39,120 nucleotides of DNA from a bacterium (GTDB lineage: Bacteria > Patescibacteriota > Microgenomatia > UBA12405 > BS750m-G30), in assembly GCA_021157735.1 (NCBI GenBank), contig JAGGVZ010000046.1:1-39120 (forward strand), written 5' to 3'. This document shows positions 27,829 to 36,972 of the stretch, in pieces. The notes below the pieces were generated by a model that was not told where the DNA came from, did no database searches, and was given only the letters and a program-made list of their open reading frames with translations. Both the position numbers and the translations under genes were made by a program. The first letter of the stretch is position 1. The number at the start of each line of letters is the position of its first letter.

Positions 27829-27837
27829 TGTTATAAT
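27829..27837 (+). promoter_or_regulatory. Extended -10 promoter of the S66 peptidase gene
   Basis: TG-T-TATAAT, 6 nt upstream of ATG 27844. Confidence 0.55.
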
Positions 27838-27843
27838 ACCGTA

Positions 27844-28881
27844 ATGAGCCGAAAGCAATTGTTTGCTTCCCGGTTGCAAAAAGGCGATACTATTGCCATT
27901 GTAAGTCCGTCTGGATGCGGAGCTGGGCTTTTTTCTCACAGAGTCAAAAGAGGTATAAAAAATCTTGAGCGTAGAGGCTACAGGGTTGTCTTTGGAAAAA
28001 ATGCTTTCAAAGTAACTGGTTATACAGCAGGCTCTCCCCAAGAAAGAGCCGAAGATATTAATCAACTTTTTAAAGATAAAGCAGTAAAAGCAATTGTGTG
28101 TGCTATTGGTGGTAATCACTCTAATCAACTTTTACCTCACCTGGACTGGAAAGCGATTAAAGATAACCCCAAAATTTTTTGTGGCTTTTCCGATATTACG
28201 GTTTTGCATCTCGCTATTCACAAAAAAACTGGACTTATTACTTTCTATGGACCAAGCTTTTTAAATCAGTTTTCTGAATACCCTACAATACACCGCTATA
28301 CCTGGGAGTATTTTTGTAAAGCTGTTGCTTCTCCTTCTCCAATAGGAAAAATTACCCCTTCTTCTTGGTGGACAGACGAAGTTTTAGATTGGGCTGAAAA
28401 AAAGGACTCACAAAGACCAAGAAGGAAAAAGAAAAATTGCGGTTGGATTTGGTTAAGGAGTGGGCGAGCATGCGGCCGATTAATTGGAGGATGTATTACC
28501 TCTCTCATGCATCTTAGAGGGACTTCTTATTTTCCTTCGTTTAAGAATGCCCTATTCTTTTGGGAAATACCCGAGGGTGAAAGTATATACGAAGGAGAGC
28601 CCGTTTCTGTAATAGATTCATATTTGACCGATCTTGAGTTAAGCGGAGTTTTCGAAAAAATTAAAGGAATGATAGTTGGAAGACCTTATCGTTATAACAA
28701 ACGCCAAGTTAAAGATTTAGTCGAGGTGATAAAAACAAGGACATCTGGCTATAATTTTCCTATTTTATTCAATGTTGATTTTGGCCACACAGATCCAATA
28801 ATCACATTACCCATAGGCGTGAGGGGAACTCTCGACTCTCAGCAAGATCTCTTTTCGATAGATGGAAAAGCTGTATGCTAA
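27844..28881 (+). CDS. S66 family LD-carboxypeptidase, MccF-like
   Basis: LQKGDTIAIVSPS, AGSPQERAED, AIGG, GFSDIT (catalytic Ser), TFYGP, GRLIGG, DFGHTDP (catalytic His); aromatic loop WWTDEVLDW. Start at ATG 27844. Confidence 0.88.
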   Translation: MSRKQLFASRLQKGDTIAIVSPSGCGAGLFSHRVKRGIKNLERRGYRVVFGKNAFKVTGYTAGSPQERAEDINQLFKDKAVKAIVCAIGGNHSNQLLPHLDWKAIKDNPKIFCGFSDITVLHLAIHKKTGLITFYGPSFLNQFSEYPTIHRYTWEYFCKAVASPSPIGKITPSSWWTDEVLDWAEKKDSQRPRRKKKNCGWIWLRSGRACGRLIGGCITSLMHLRGTSYFPSFKNALFFWEIPEGESIYEGEPVSVIDSYLTDLELSGVFEKIKGMIVGRPYRYNKRQVKDLVEVIKTRTSGYNFPILFNVDFGHTDPIITLPIGVRGTLDSQQDLFSIDGKAVC

Positions 28882-28982
28882 AAAATGATTAAACCGCCGC
28901 AATCAAAATAAATGGGATAAGGATTCATACGGGTTGAAGGGTAGATTCAGTGTTCTACGATATTATTTGTAGACAATGAAAA

Positions 28983-29210
28983 ATGGATATTTTTGTTTCT
29001 GTAAAAACAAATGCTGGGCAGGAAAAGGTTGAGAAAATAGATGAAACTCACTTTAAAGTTTGGGTAAATCAGCCAGCTAAAGAAGGCAAAGCCAATAAAG
29101 CGGTTATTAATTTACTTGCTAAAGCTCTAGGTATACCTAAATCAAGATTAATAATTATTAAAGGGCAAAAGTCACGACAAAAGATAATTAAAGTTTTTTC
29201 CTCTAGTTAA
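28983..29210 (+). CDS. DUF167/YggU family protein
   Basis: VSVKTNA, KVWVNQPAKEGKANKAVINLLAKAL, IIKGQKSRQK. Confidence 0.88.
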   Translation: MDIFVSVKTNAGQEKVEKIDETHFKVWVNQPAKEGKANKAVINLLAKALGIPKSRLIIIKGQKSRQKIIKVFSSS

Positions 29211-29278
29211 CTACTTCTTGACTCTCAGAACAGCTCCAATATACAGCTTAATTAGCCAAAAGATATTAAAATAAATAA

Positions 29279-30143
29279 ATGAATAATTCTCTTTTAAGTT
29301 GGACAAAAGCTACTCTTCAAAAATTATCTTTAAAACCAGACCTAAAACATAAAGGTCAGCATTTTCTTGTGGACAAAAATCTGGGGAAATTTTTAATTTC
29401 TCAACTGCCGGAATTACCGATAATTGAGATTGGTTCTGGCTTGGGAGCAATTACCGGGTTTCTTGTCCAGAGAAATCTTCCTGTTGTTGCGGTAGAAATT
29501 GACCGCCGGTTTGAACCAATATTAGCTCCTTTACAAGAAAAATATTCCAATCTAAAGGTAATTTTTGCCAACGTTCTGAAAGTTGATTTTTCTCAAATAG
29601 AAAAAGAGTTTAAATTTAAAAACAAGGTTTGGCTGACAGGAAATCTTCCCTATCAGTTAGTGGAGCCGTTATTATTAAAATTGGTAAGAAATCCGAAAGA
29701 AAGAGAGGTAATAGCAGGGGCTACCTTTCTTATCAGTGAACGCTCGGCTCGGGAGATGGGGAAATTGAAGCCGCCACGAGGCAAATTAGGAATTTTGGCT
29801 ACTAGTTTATTTAATTTCCAGTTAATTAAAGTTGGAATCGGGAAAGAAAATTTTTGGCCTCCTTCCCGGACTAGTTCTGCCATCGTTAAGTTAACTAAAT
29901 TAAAACCAAAAGAGCTTTACTCTTCTCCATCTCGCTTCTTTGGTACCGACTGTTTACCCATCCAAGAAGCAAAGTAAAAAATAGTCTTCGAGAAGGACTG
30001 GTTATCTTATTCCAAACCACTAAGAACCAAGCAAGAGCAATAATTAAAAAATTAGGATTATCGGAAAATCTATTAGAGAAGACAGTTGAACAACTCAATG
30101 GGAACCAGCTTGAAGAACTCGACAAGGCCATCTTCAAAGTTAG
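29279..30143 (+). CDS. rsmA: rRNA adenine dimethyltransferase RsmA/KsgA family, frameshifted near 29940 (true end uncertain)
   Basis: GQHFL, IEIGSGLGAIT, VEID, NLPY, FWPP. After a -1 shift it continues WYRLFTHPRSKVKNSL...KTVEQLN...LDKAIFK. A TAG-TAA-TAA stack at 30141-30149 needs a further -1 shift; otherwise the frame runs to 30276. Confidence 0.75.
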
Positions 30144-30149
30144 TAATAA

Positions 30150-30233
30150 TCAAAAGTCTTTTCCGCTCTGCTCTCTTTCTAGTTCGGAGAAGAAATTTTC
30201 TGTTTTGATCAGTTCTCTCTTTTCACTTATCAT
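30150..30233 (-). pseudogene. Internally deleted remnant of an HD-domain paralog (27 aa)
   Basis: MISEKRELIKTENFFSELEREQSGKDF* matches the N-terminus (MLSRAQRKQLI) and C-terminus (KIKNFFRELKKEHLGNDL*) of the HD protein at 33498-34148. Confidence 0.75.
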
Positions 30234-30244
30234 TTTACTTTTCC

Positions 30245-30785
30245 TCACCGATAGTCTTCGTTGGCTTTTCGAGTAAATTCTGCTAACTCGGCATCGGTCA
30301 TTAGCTTAATCCCTAGTTCTTTAGCAGCCTGTTTAATTCGCTTTTCCGCCCATTTTTTTCACTTGCTTGGGTGATAAGAACTTCTAATATGATAACCCCA
30401 AACTTTACTCCACTTTAGCGCTATTTCTACATCTTTGTATCTATAGTTATGATGCTTCTGAGAAGATTCTTGAACCTCAGTGAATCCCAATTTTTTAAAC
30501 ATGGTGACGACCTTTTCTACTTGAGAAGGATCAATAGGAATTTCTGTCTCTTCAAAATCACTCCCCTTACCTATTTTGTTTAACTTCAAAACTATTTTTG
30601 CTGTTCGCTTTGGTTTATTGTCAACAACTTTAAGAAGTTTATCAGGAAGAATAAAGAAAAGGATGTTCTTATCATCTGGCCCCAAATCTTCAGCATTCTG
30701 ATCCAAAAACTTTTTTTAACTGATTGTATTTTTCCTCTGAAAAAATGGCTCGAAATTCAATTTCGATTCTTTTCTTCTGGTCCAC
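30245..30785 (-). pseudogene. CYTH-domain (triphosphate tunnel metalloenzyme/class IV adenylate cyclase-like) gene with multiple lesions
   Basis: From GTG 30785: MDQKKRIEIEFRA (ExE motif), frameshift in the T7 run 30711-30717, then FLDQNAEDLG...FEETEI...LGF...NYRYKDVEIAL..WGYH, further lesions at about 30350-30390, then AEKRIKQAAKELGI...RKANEDYR*. Confidence 0.75.
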
Positions 30786-31887
30786 AATGGATCTTGGCAA
30801 GACTTTTAATGTAATGGTTGATGATTTTATCTGCTTCGTTTTTCCAGGAATAGTTTCTTTCTACCCATTGTCTAGCCTTAACCAACTTCTTTTTTGGAAT
30901 TGAACGCGAGAAAAGTCGAGTTATTAGTTGGGGATATTTATCTAAATTATCCTCTATGATTAGATGATTTCTAATTGTTTCCTTCAACCCCTCGATTGCT
31001 AAACCAGTAGCAATAGTTGGTATTCCTGCTGACAAATAAACGAGTATTTTTAGGCGAGTTCCTGATCCTGATGTAAGCGGAGCAAGAGCTATTCTAGTTT
31101 GTGAGAGTATCGGGTTTATATCGACAACTCCTCCAGTAAATTTAACTTTTTCTCCAAATTTTTTCATTTTCTGAGAGAGATATTTAGGGTAATTGCCTAC
31201 AAAAACAAATTCGGCTTGAGGTAAATTTTTTACAACAGGAGGAATAATTCTTTCTCTGATTATATTTACTGCTTCCTCATTTGGTTTATAAAACATATTT
31301 CCTAAAAATAAAACCAGTTTTTTGTTTGTTCTATTATTTTCGAATTGATAATTTTCTGGAGTAATGCAGCCACGATATAAAACGATTTTTTTCCTATCGA
31401 TTCCTATTTCGACTAAATCCTGCTTGTCTTTTTTTGAGCGGGCTAGAATTAAGTCGCTTTTTTCGCCGGCAATGCGTTCATATTTAATTGCCTTTTCAAT
31501 TTTCTTTTTGCTTCCGCCAAGGCGCGTGATTAATGTGTGATTAACATTGAGTACTTCCCAAACCTTTAAGCACCTTTTTCCTACCAAGTCTGCTTGAAAG
31601 GAAACTGCTTCAGCGCTGTCGAAGTGGCAGACGTTAATCTTATATTTTTCAATTAGATGTTGATAGAGTCTTGAGTTAATATAAAAATCACTTGGCTTAA
31701 TAAAAATTGTAGTAAAAGGTTGTTTTAAATATAACTGGTAATTATCCCAACCACGATAACACCGAAATAGAAAAACATTTGTGTTTTTCTTTTGTGCCAT
31801 TGTTTTAATTAGGCCGAACAATGATTCTGACCCACCTTCTTGAGGAGGAAGAAATGGTCCATCGCGGAAAAAGGCTACTCTAAGCAT
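30757..31887 (-). CDS. Glycosyltransferase family 4 (GT-B)
   Basis: FLPPQEGG, LFLGNMFYKPNEEAV, FVFVG, FTGGV, APLTSGSGTRLKILVYLSAGIPTIAT, NYSW. Confidence 0.88.
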   Translation of the reverse strand: MLRVAFFRDGPFLPPQEGGSESLFGLIKTMAQKKNTNVFLFRCYRGWDNYQLYLKQPFTTIFIKPSDFYINSRLYQHLIEKYKINVCHFDSAEAVSFQADLVGKRCLKVWEVLNVNHTLITRLGGSKKKIEKAIKYERIAGEKSDLILARSKKDKQDLVEIGIDRKKIVLYRGCITPENYQFENNRTNKKLVLFLGNMFYKPNEEAVNIIRERIIPPVVKNLPQAEFVFVGNYPKYLSQKMKKFGEKVKFTGGVVDINPILSQTRIALAPLTSGSGTRLKILVYLSAGIPTIATGLAIEGLKETIRNHLIIEDNLDKYPQLITRLFSRSIPKKKLVKARQWVERNYSWKNEADKIINHYIKSLAKIHCGPEEKNRN

Positions 31888-32444
31888 TGAAGCAAAATTA
31901 TCTTTATTACCTTTTTAATTGGCAACTTACTAGAAATACTTATCTTTGGGACTTCCGGCTCCATTAGTGGAAAGATGTTTTCATAAAAGTGCTTCATCTT
32001 TTTGAGACAATAGTTATTGGTCCATGGGCTGCGAGGACTTGGTTTGCGGTTTTTTCTGATGAAACAGAATTTTATTGGGCTACGAAGATAAATATAAAGA
32101 TTAGGTGGAATTAGCTTCTTTCTAAAACTATTTAGATACCATTTTCGAGCAATGGTAAAGGAACTGTGATGCTCGGGGTCATTTCTAACAGCATAATTAA
32201 AAGCTAAAGTTGAGATGTAATTTCTGTCTACAACTACATGTTGATGTTTAGAACACATTTTCCTAGCCAAGGTACACTTGTTTTCATCATTGATAAAATA
32301 AGGGTTTTTAAAATCTTTTTGCTTCTTTATTTCATTTACATCTACTACAATTTGCTCTACTAAACCAAAGGAATATTCCTTTGCCAATAGTTCTGCAATA
32401 GTTGTTTTACCTGCTCCGGGTAATCCTTCCAAAACTATAATCAT
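31875..32444 (-). CDS. Thymidylate-kinase-like P-loop nucleotide kinase
   Basis: IIVLEGLPGAGKTT (Walker A), VVVDRNYISTLAF, PPNLYIYL..P...RK. Confidence 0.8.
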   Translation of the reverse strand: MIIVLEGLPGAGKTTIAELLAKEYSFGLVEQIVVDVNEIKKQKDFKNPYFINDENKCTLARKMCSKHQHVVVDRNYISTLAFNYAVRNDPEHHSSFTIARKWYLNSFRKKLIPPNLYIYLRSPIKFCFIRKNRKPSPRSPWTNNYCLKKMKHFYENIFPLMEPEVPKISISSKLPIKKVIKIILLQCLE

Positions 32445-33489
32445 GTCTTTTGTTAACCTCTCTTAATTTGCTTTTGTCAGCAACAAAATACCACGATTTA
32501 TTTTTGAACAGTTGGTAATTAGTTCGAAAACGGCCCTTGATTAGAAGTTCTTTAATCCAATATGGCATGTGGGAAATAACCTTTTTTCTAATTACTTCCT
32601 TTTTAATAAAAAAGACATCCTTTCCTAATATAAGCTTTTTGTTAAACTCTTGATATTTTTTAAAAGTAAGTTTTCTTAATAATCGTGCTTTTCCTACATA
32701 TTGTTTTTCGTTGAAATTTCCAAATAACTCTTGTAATTTTTTCCTTGCTTCTTTGTTGTATACAGTTATTTCTAAAAAACCATTTCTTTTCAGAAGAGGG
32801 AAAATTGCAAAGAAGAATTCTTCTGGAACAGAAAAAAAATCAATCACATTAGTAGTGATAATAAGATTAAATTTTCCTAGCTTTTCTGGAGAATAATAGC
32901 AAATATCAGCTATTATAATTTTTTTAGGAAGTTTAAATTTTACACCACTAAAGCCGATAAGCCCCACTCCTTTTTTGATTAAGGAAAATTGCCTTTTGTC
33001 TTTTGGACCTCTCGTTATTCCAAGTATTTTGTCGAAAATTTTTACAGAAACTCTATCATCTCTTGTTAAGAGAAATTTTTTGAATTGATTAAGAGCTGCC
33101 AGATATTCTTCTTTTGGGATATCAATCTTTTCTCGTTGATGAGCTCTTTTCCTTTTCCCTATTAAATGGAGAAGAAATGCTTTGCCTACATCTTTTAGGC
33201 TAGCTCCTCGATCTATTAACCAACATGCATATAATTGGGATATTGCAGCTATAGGATTTTTTTCTACGACAACGGTTGAGTAACCTTTAGCAGCAAGATA
33301 ACAAGAATATAATACTCCCCCAACGACTAGAATCTGATTGGATGTTCTTTGTGATAAATCAATTTGTTTGCTTACAGAATCAAGCCAAAATCGACTTTGA
33401 TTTGGCCAAAAGAAGGTTCTTTCTTCTTCGTACTTTTCTGCTTGTTTAACTAAAGATGGTAATACCTGTTGAAGTTTTTTCTCATTCAT
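32407..33489 (-). CDS. Hypothetical protein with a class I SAM-dependent transferase-like fold
   Basis: ILVVGG...LAAKGYSTVVVEKNP (motif I/II-like), insertion, then ADI...KFNLIITTNVIDF...LLKRNGFLEI. Start set at ATG 33489. Confidence 0.55.
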   Translation of the reverse strand: MNEKKLQQVLPSLVKQAEKYEEERTFFWPNQSRFWLDSVSKQIDLSQRTSNQILVVGGVLYSCYLAAKGYSTVVVEKNPIAAISQLYACWLIDRGASLKDVGKAFLLHLIGKRKRAHQREKIDIPKEEYLAALNQFKKFLLTRDDRVSVKIFDKILGITRGPKDKRQFSLIKKGVGLIGFSGVKFKLPKKIIIADICYYSPEKLGKFNLIITTNVIDFFSVPEEFFFAIFPLLKRNGFLEITVYNKEARKKLQELFGNFNEKQYVGKARLLRKLTFKKYQEFNKKLILGKDVFFIKKEVIRKKVISHMPYWIKELLIKGRFRTNYQLFKNKSWYFVADKSKLREVNKRHDYSFGRITRSR

Positions 33490-33497
33490 GTTGAGAA

Positions 33498-34148
33498 TCA
33501 AAGGTCATTTCCTAAATGTTCCTTTTTTAGTTCTCGAAAGAAATTTTTGATTTTCTCAAATCTCTTTCTTGCTACTGATTTACTGGTCTGAAAATAAAGC
33601 TTTCTTAAAAGTTGCTGACGACCTTTCTTTCCTTCTTTTTTCCAATATTCCATTTCTTCCGCTAAGTTTAATTTTGCTAATGCCGCATAAGTAAAGGTAC
33701 GCCAAATTTGTAAATAGCCGAAATTACCTAACTCGTCAGCATCTTTTAATACTTTTGCTTCTAGTAATTTTGGCTCGTTTTCTTTGCTTTCTAAAATAAT
33801 TTGACTACTTTTTTCGATTAATCTTTTATCTTTAACTACTTTGCCAATGATTGATTCCAGTTTTTGAACAGCAATAGAAACATGATCTTTATTAGCTTGA
33901 GATTGATAGTCAATCATTCCCTGTTTGTTAACGGCCTCGATTTTACCAATGTCGTGGAATAAAGCAGCGATAAAAAGAGCGTCAAAGTCAACACTTAGCT
34001 TTTCTTTTTCAGCTATTTTTATTGCAAAAGTAGCTACTTGAACTCCATGAAAAAAACGATACTCCTTTCCCCCTCCTAACTCGAAAGTATTTTTGAAGCT
34101 TTGATAAAGAATATCAATTAATTGCTTCCTTTGCGCTCTGCTTAGCAT
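33498..34148 (-). CDS. HD-domain metal-dependent phosphohydrolase
   Basis: RFFHGVQV, AALFHDIGK, DHVSIA, EAKVLKDADEL. Confidence 0.9.
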   Translation of the reverse strand: MLSRAQRKQLIDILYQSFKNTFELGGGKEYRFFHGVQVATFAIKIAEKEKLSVDFDALFIAALFHDIGKIEAVNKQGMIDYQSQANKDHVSIAVQKLESIIGKVVKDKRLIEKSSQIILESKENEPKLLEAKVLKDADELGNFGYLQIWRTFTYAALAKLNLAEEMEYWKKEGKKGRQQLLRKLYFQTSKSVARKRFEKIKNFFRELKKEHLGNDL

Positions 34149-34270
34149 TTTATCTTTTCTTGTCGATAGTCTTCGTCAACTTTTCGAGTAAATTTTGCTA
34201 ATTCAGAAGAAGTTTTTCTGCTTGCCAAAATTCCTTGTAGTGAAAGGATGCTTTTTATTGACTCAATCAT
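34142..34270 (-). pseudogene. Remnant ORF (42 aa) carrying the 3' end of a second CYTH gene copy
   Basis: ...SELAKFTRKVDEDYRQEKIKC* versus CYTH C-terminus AELAEFTRKANEDYR*. Bases 34141-34208 align ungapped with 30226-30293 (54/68 identical by hand count). Confidence 0.7.
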
Positions 34271-34292
34271 TAGTTCTTTTCCATTCGTTACA

Positions 34293-36887
34293 TTAGCCTT
34301 TCTTTTCTAGTTTTAGTTCCCCCTTCTTTACTGTAATTACAACCCTGGCCCCTTCTTTCACTTTTCCTTCTACAATCATCATCGCCAGGGGGTCAAGGAT
34401 TTTGCTTTGGATAAGACGTTTTAAGGGGCGGGCGCCAAAAACCGGATTGTAGCCGTGTTTTGCCAACCACTTCTTAGCTTCTGGAGTAACCTCGATTTTG
34501 ATTCGTTGATCAGCCAGTCTTCGTTCCACCTGCTTAATTTGTAGGTCGACAATTTGCTCAATATGTTTTTCATTAAGAGATTCAAAAAGAACAATTTGGT
34601 CGAGCCGATTAATAAATTCGGGTTTAAAAGAATGGTCAATAATCTCTCTCACTTCCCGTTCCATTTCTTCTTTTGATTTCTTTCCTTCGGCGTACTGGCG
34701 GATTATTTCACTCCCAAGGTTGGAAGTCATAATAATGACGGTGTTTTTGAAGTCTACCGTTCTTCCCTTGCCGTCGGTGAGGCGGCCATCGTCTAAAACT
34801 TGAAGGAGAATGTTAAAAACCTGGGGGTGAGCTTTTTCAATTTCATCTAACAAAATAACTGTATATGGTTTTCGGCGCACTGCTTCAGTTAGTTGTCCTC
34901 CTTCTTCATAACCTACATATCCCGGCGGGGCACCAATTAACCGGGCAACTGAGTGTTGTTCCATATATTCGCTCATATCAATGCGCACCATGGCATTTTC
35001 ATCATTAAAAAGAACTTCTGCCAAAGCTTTGGCTAGTTCTGTCTTCCCTACTCCAGTGGGACCAACAAATAAAAAGGAACCGATTGGTTTTCCTTCTTCT
35101 TTTATTCCCGCTCGGGCCCGACGAATGGCATTGGCCACTTCCTTAACAGCATTTTCTTGATTGACTACTCTCTTGTGAAGTTCATCTTCCAAATGAGCTA
35201 ATTTTTCTGACTCGGCGGCAACGAGACGAGAGACAGGAATTCCGGTCCAACGAGAAACAATTTTGGCAATATCTTCTTCCGTTACCTCTTCTTTAATTAG
35301 CCGTTCTTCCCGGGGAATCTTCTGCCATTTACTTTCCCATTCTTTTAATTCTTTCTCTACTTGGGGTATTTGCCCGTATTTAATTTCTGCCGCTTTATTC
35401 AAATCCAGTTCTCGTTCTGCTTTTTTAAGATTTTCTTGGAGCTGATCTAATTTGGCTTTTAATTCTCTTATTTTGCTAACAATTTCTTTTTGCCTTTCCC
35501 AAGCAGACTTTAAGTCTCTTAATTTCTCCTTTTTCTCGGCGAGTTCTTTTTCTAACTTTTTTCTTCTCTCTTGGACGGTTTTAGCTTTTTCCTTCTTTAA
35601 AGCCTGGAGCTCAATTTCAATCTGAGTAATTTTTCGCTGTAACTCATCCAGTTCTGTGGGCATTGATTCTACTTCTATCTTAAGTGATGAGGCAGCTTCA
35701 TCGATAAGATCTATTGCTTTATCAGGCAGGAGACGATCACGGATATAGCGGTCAGAAAGAACAGCGGCGGCCACAATAGCATCGTCGCTGATTTTGATAC
35801 CATGGTGAATTTCATATTTTTCTTTAAGACCGCGGAGGATAGCAATAGTGTCTTCAACGGTAGGTTCCTCGATATAGACCGGTTGGAACCGCCGTTCCAG
35901 GGCAGCATCTTTTTCGATGTATTTGCGGTATTCCGCTACCGTAGTAGCGCCAATAGCATGAAGTGTCCCCCGAGCTAAAGCTGGCTTGAGCATGTTGGCG
36001 GCATCCACCGCTCCTTCCGCCGCTCCCGCGCCTACTAAAGTGTGCAGTTCATCAATGAAAAGAATATATTTTCCCGCTCCTGCCTCAATTTCTTTTAAAA
36101 CAGCCTTTAATCTTTCCTCAAATTCACCGCGGAACTTGCTTCCTGCCAACAAGGCGGCTAGATCCAAAGCCAGAATCTCTTTATTTTTCAAACTTTCCGG
36201 GACATCGCCAGCAACAATTCGCTGAGCCAGCCCTTCTACAATCGCTGTCTTCCCTACTCCTGGATCACCAACAAGGACAGGGTTATTTTTTGTCCGTCGC
36301 GAGAGAATTTGCATTACCCGCCGAATTTCTTTATCGCGGCCAATCACGGGGTCTAATTTTCCTTCTCGTGCCTGTTGGGTTAAGTTAATCGTGTATTTTT
36401 CCAGAACGTTATATTTCCCCTCTGGATTTTGATCGGTTACCTTTTGTGTTCCCCGGAGTTCGTTTAAAACAGCCTTAACCTTTTCTTTATCTATTCCTAA
36501 TTTTCGGGCAATTTCTTGAGTGGCCGAGTCTTTTTCCAATAGGGCAAGGAAAAGGTGCTCGCGGGAAATAAATTCGTCACCAAAAGACTCCGCTTCTTTT
36601 TGAGCTTGATTTAAAACCGTCCCTAGTTCTTGAGAAATATAAACTTGTCCTAGCTCTCCCCCTACTGTTGGTAAAGATTGAAGTTTTTCTTCCGCCTCTT
36701 TAACTAGCTCTTCAAGACTAATTTCTAGTTTTTTCAAAACTTCCACTACCACTCCCTCAAAATCAACTATCAAGGCGAGGAGAAGATGAAGAGGAAGAAC
36801 TTGGGGGTGGCGGTATTCTTGGGCTAACTCTTGGGCTCTAACCAAAGCTTGTTGAGAATTGTATGTTAGTTTTTCCGGGTTAATCAT
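34293..36887 (-). CDS. clpB: ATP-dependent chaperone ClpB
   Basis: Clp N-domain, two AAA+ modules ([16 protein letters not shown]), long coiled-coil M domain, RIDMSEY, GARPLKR. Confidence 0.96.
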   Translation of the reverse strand: MINPEKLTYNSQQALVRAQELAQEYRHPQVLPLHLLLALIVDFEGVVVEVLKKLEISLEELVKEAEEKLQSLPTVGGELGQVYISQELGTVLNQAQKEAESFGDEFISREHLFLALLEKDSATQEIARKLGIDKEKVKAVLNELRGTQKVTDQNPEGKYNVLEKYTINLTQQAREGKLDPVIGRDKEIRRVMQILSRRTKNNPVLVGDPGVGKTAIVEGLAQRIVAGDVPESLKNKEILALDLAALLAGSKFRGEFEERLKAVLKEIEAGAGKYILFIDELHTLVGAGAAEGAVDAANMLKPALARGTLHAIGATTVAEYRKYIEKDAALERRFQPVYIEEPTVEDTIAILRGLKEKYEIHHGIKISDDAIVAAAVLSDRYIRDRLLPDKAIDLIDEAASSLKIEVESMPTELDELQRKITQIEIELQALKKEKAKTVQERRKKLEKELAEKKEKLRDLKSAWERQKEIVSKIRELKAKLDQLQENLKKAERELDLNKAAEIKYGQIPQVEKELKEWESKWQKIPREERLIKEEVTEEDIAKIVSRWTGIPVSRLVAAESEKLAHLEDELHKRVVNQENAVKEVANAIRRARAGIKEEGKPIGSFLFVGPTGVGKTELAKALAEVLFNDENAMVRIDMSEYMEQHSVARLIGAPPGYVGYEEGGQLTEAVRRKPYTVILLDEIEKAHPQVFNILLQVLDDGRLTDGKGRTVDFKNTVIIMTSNLGSEIIRQYAEGKKSKEEMEREVREIIDHSFKPEFINRLDQIVLFESLNEKHIEQIVDLQIKQVERRLADQRIKIEVTPEAKKWLAKHGYNPVFGARPLKRLIQSKILDPLAMMIVEGKVKEGARVVITVKKGELKLEKKG

Positions 36888-36896
36888 CTTAACTAA

Positions 36897-36925
36897 ATAA
36901 TAGCTATCCTTTTGAATAATTGCAA
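36897..36925 (-). promoter_or_regulatory. Putative sigma70 promoter of clpB
   Basis: On the minus strand TTGCAA (36925-36920), 17-bp spacer, TATTAT (36902-36897); 9 nt before the ATG. Confidence 0.55.
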
Positions 36926-36972
36926 TATGCTATTCCTTGTAAAAAATCTTTGTGGGTTTTAAAATAAAAAAG

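Noticed and set aside
126-30361. UGA recoding (code 4/25) suggested by in-frame TGAs at 126-128 and 30359-30361
   Set aside because: TGA terminates several conserved genes here (DRG GTPase, rsmI and ppsA with ATGA overlaps, dnaE), and long genes have no internal TGA. The CYTH TGA is better explained by compensating frameshifts.
27844-34148. Canonical microcin C gene cluster
   Set aside because: No ThiF-like MccB adenylyltransferase or Asn-terminated precursor peptide gene was identified.
9803-36225. Numerous 60-136 aa ORFs antisense or out of frame within long genes (e.g. 11119-11529, 12192-12602, 22383-22688, 26009-26368, 27793-28128, 35986-36225)
   Set aside because: They overlap well-supported genes fully or almost fully and show no recognisable motifs, so they are treated as shadow ORFs.
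36888-36972. CIRCE or CtsR heat-shock operator upstream of clpB
   Set aside because: No TTAGCACTC-N9-GAGTGCTAA or CtsR heptad repeat is recognisable.
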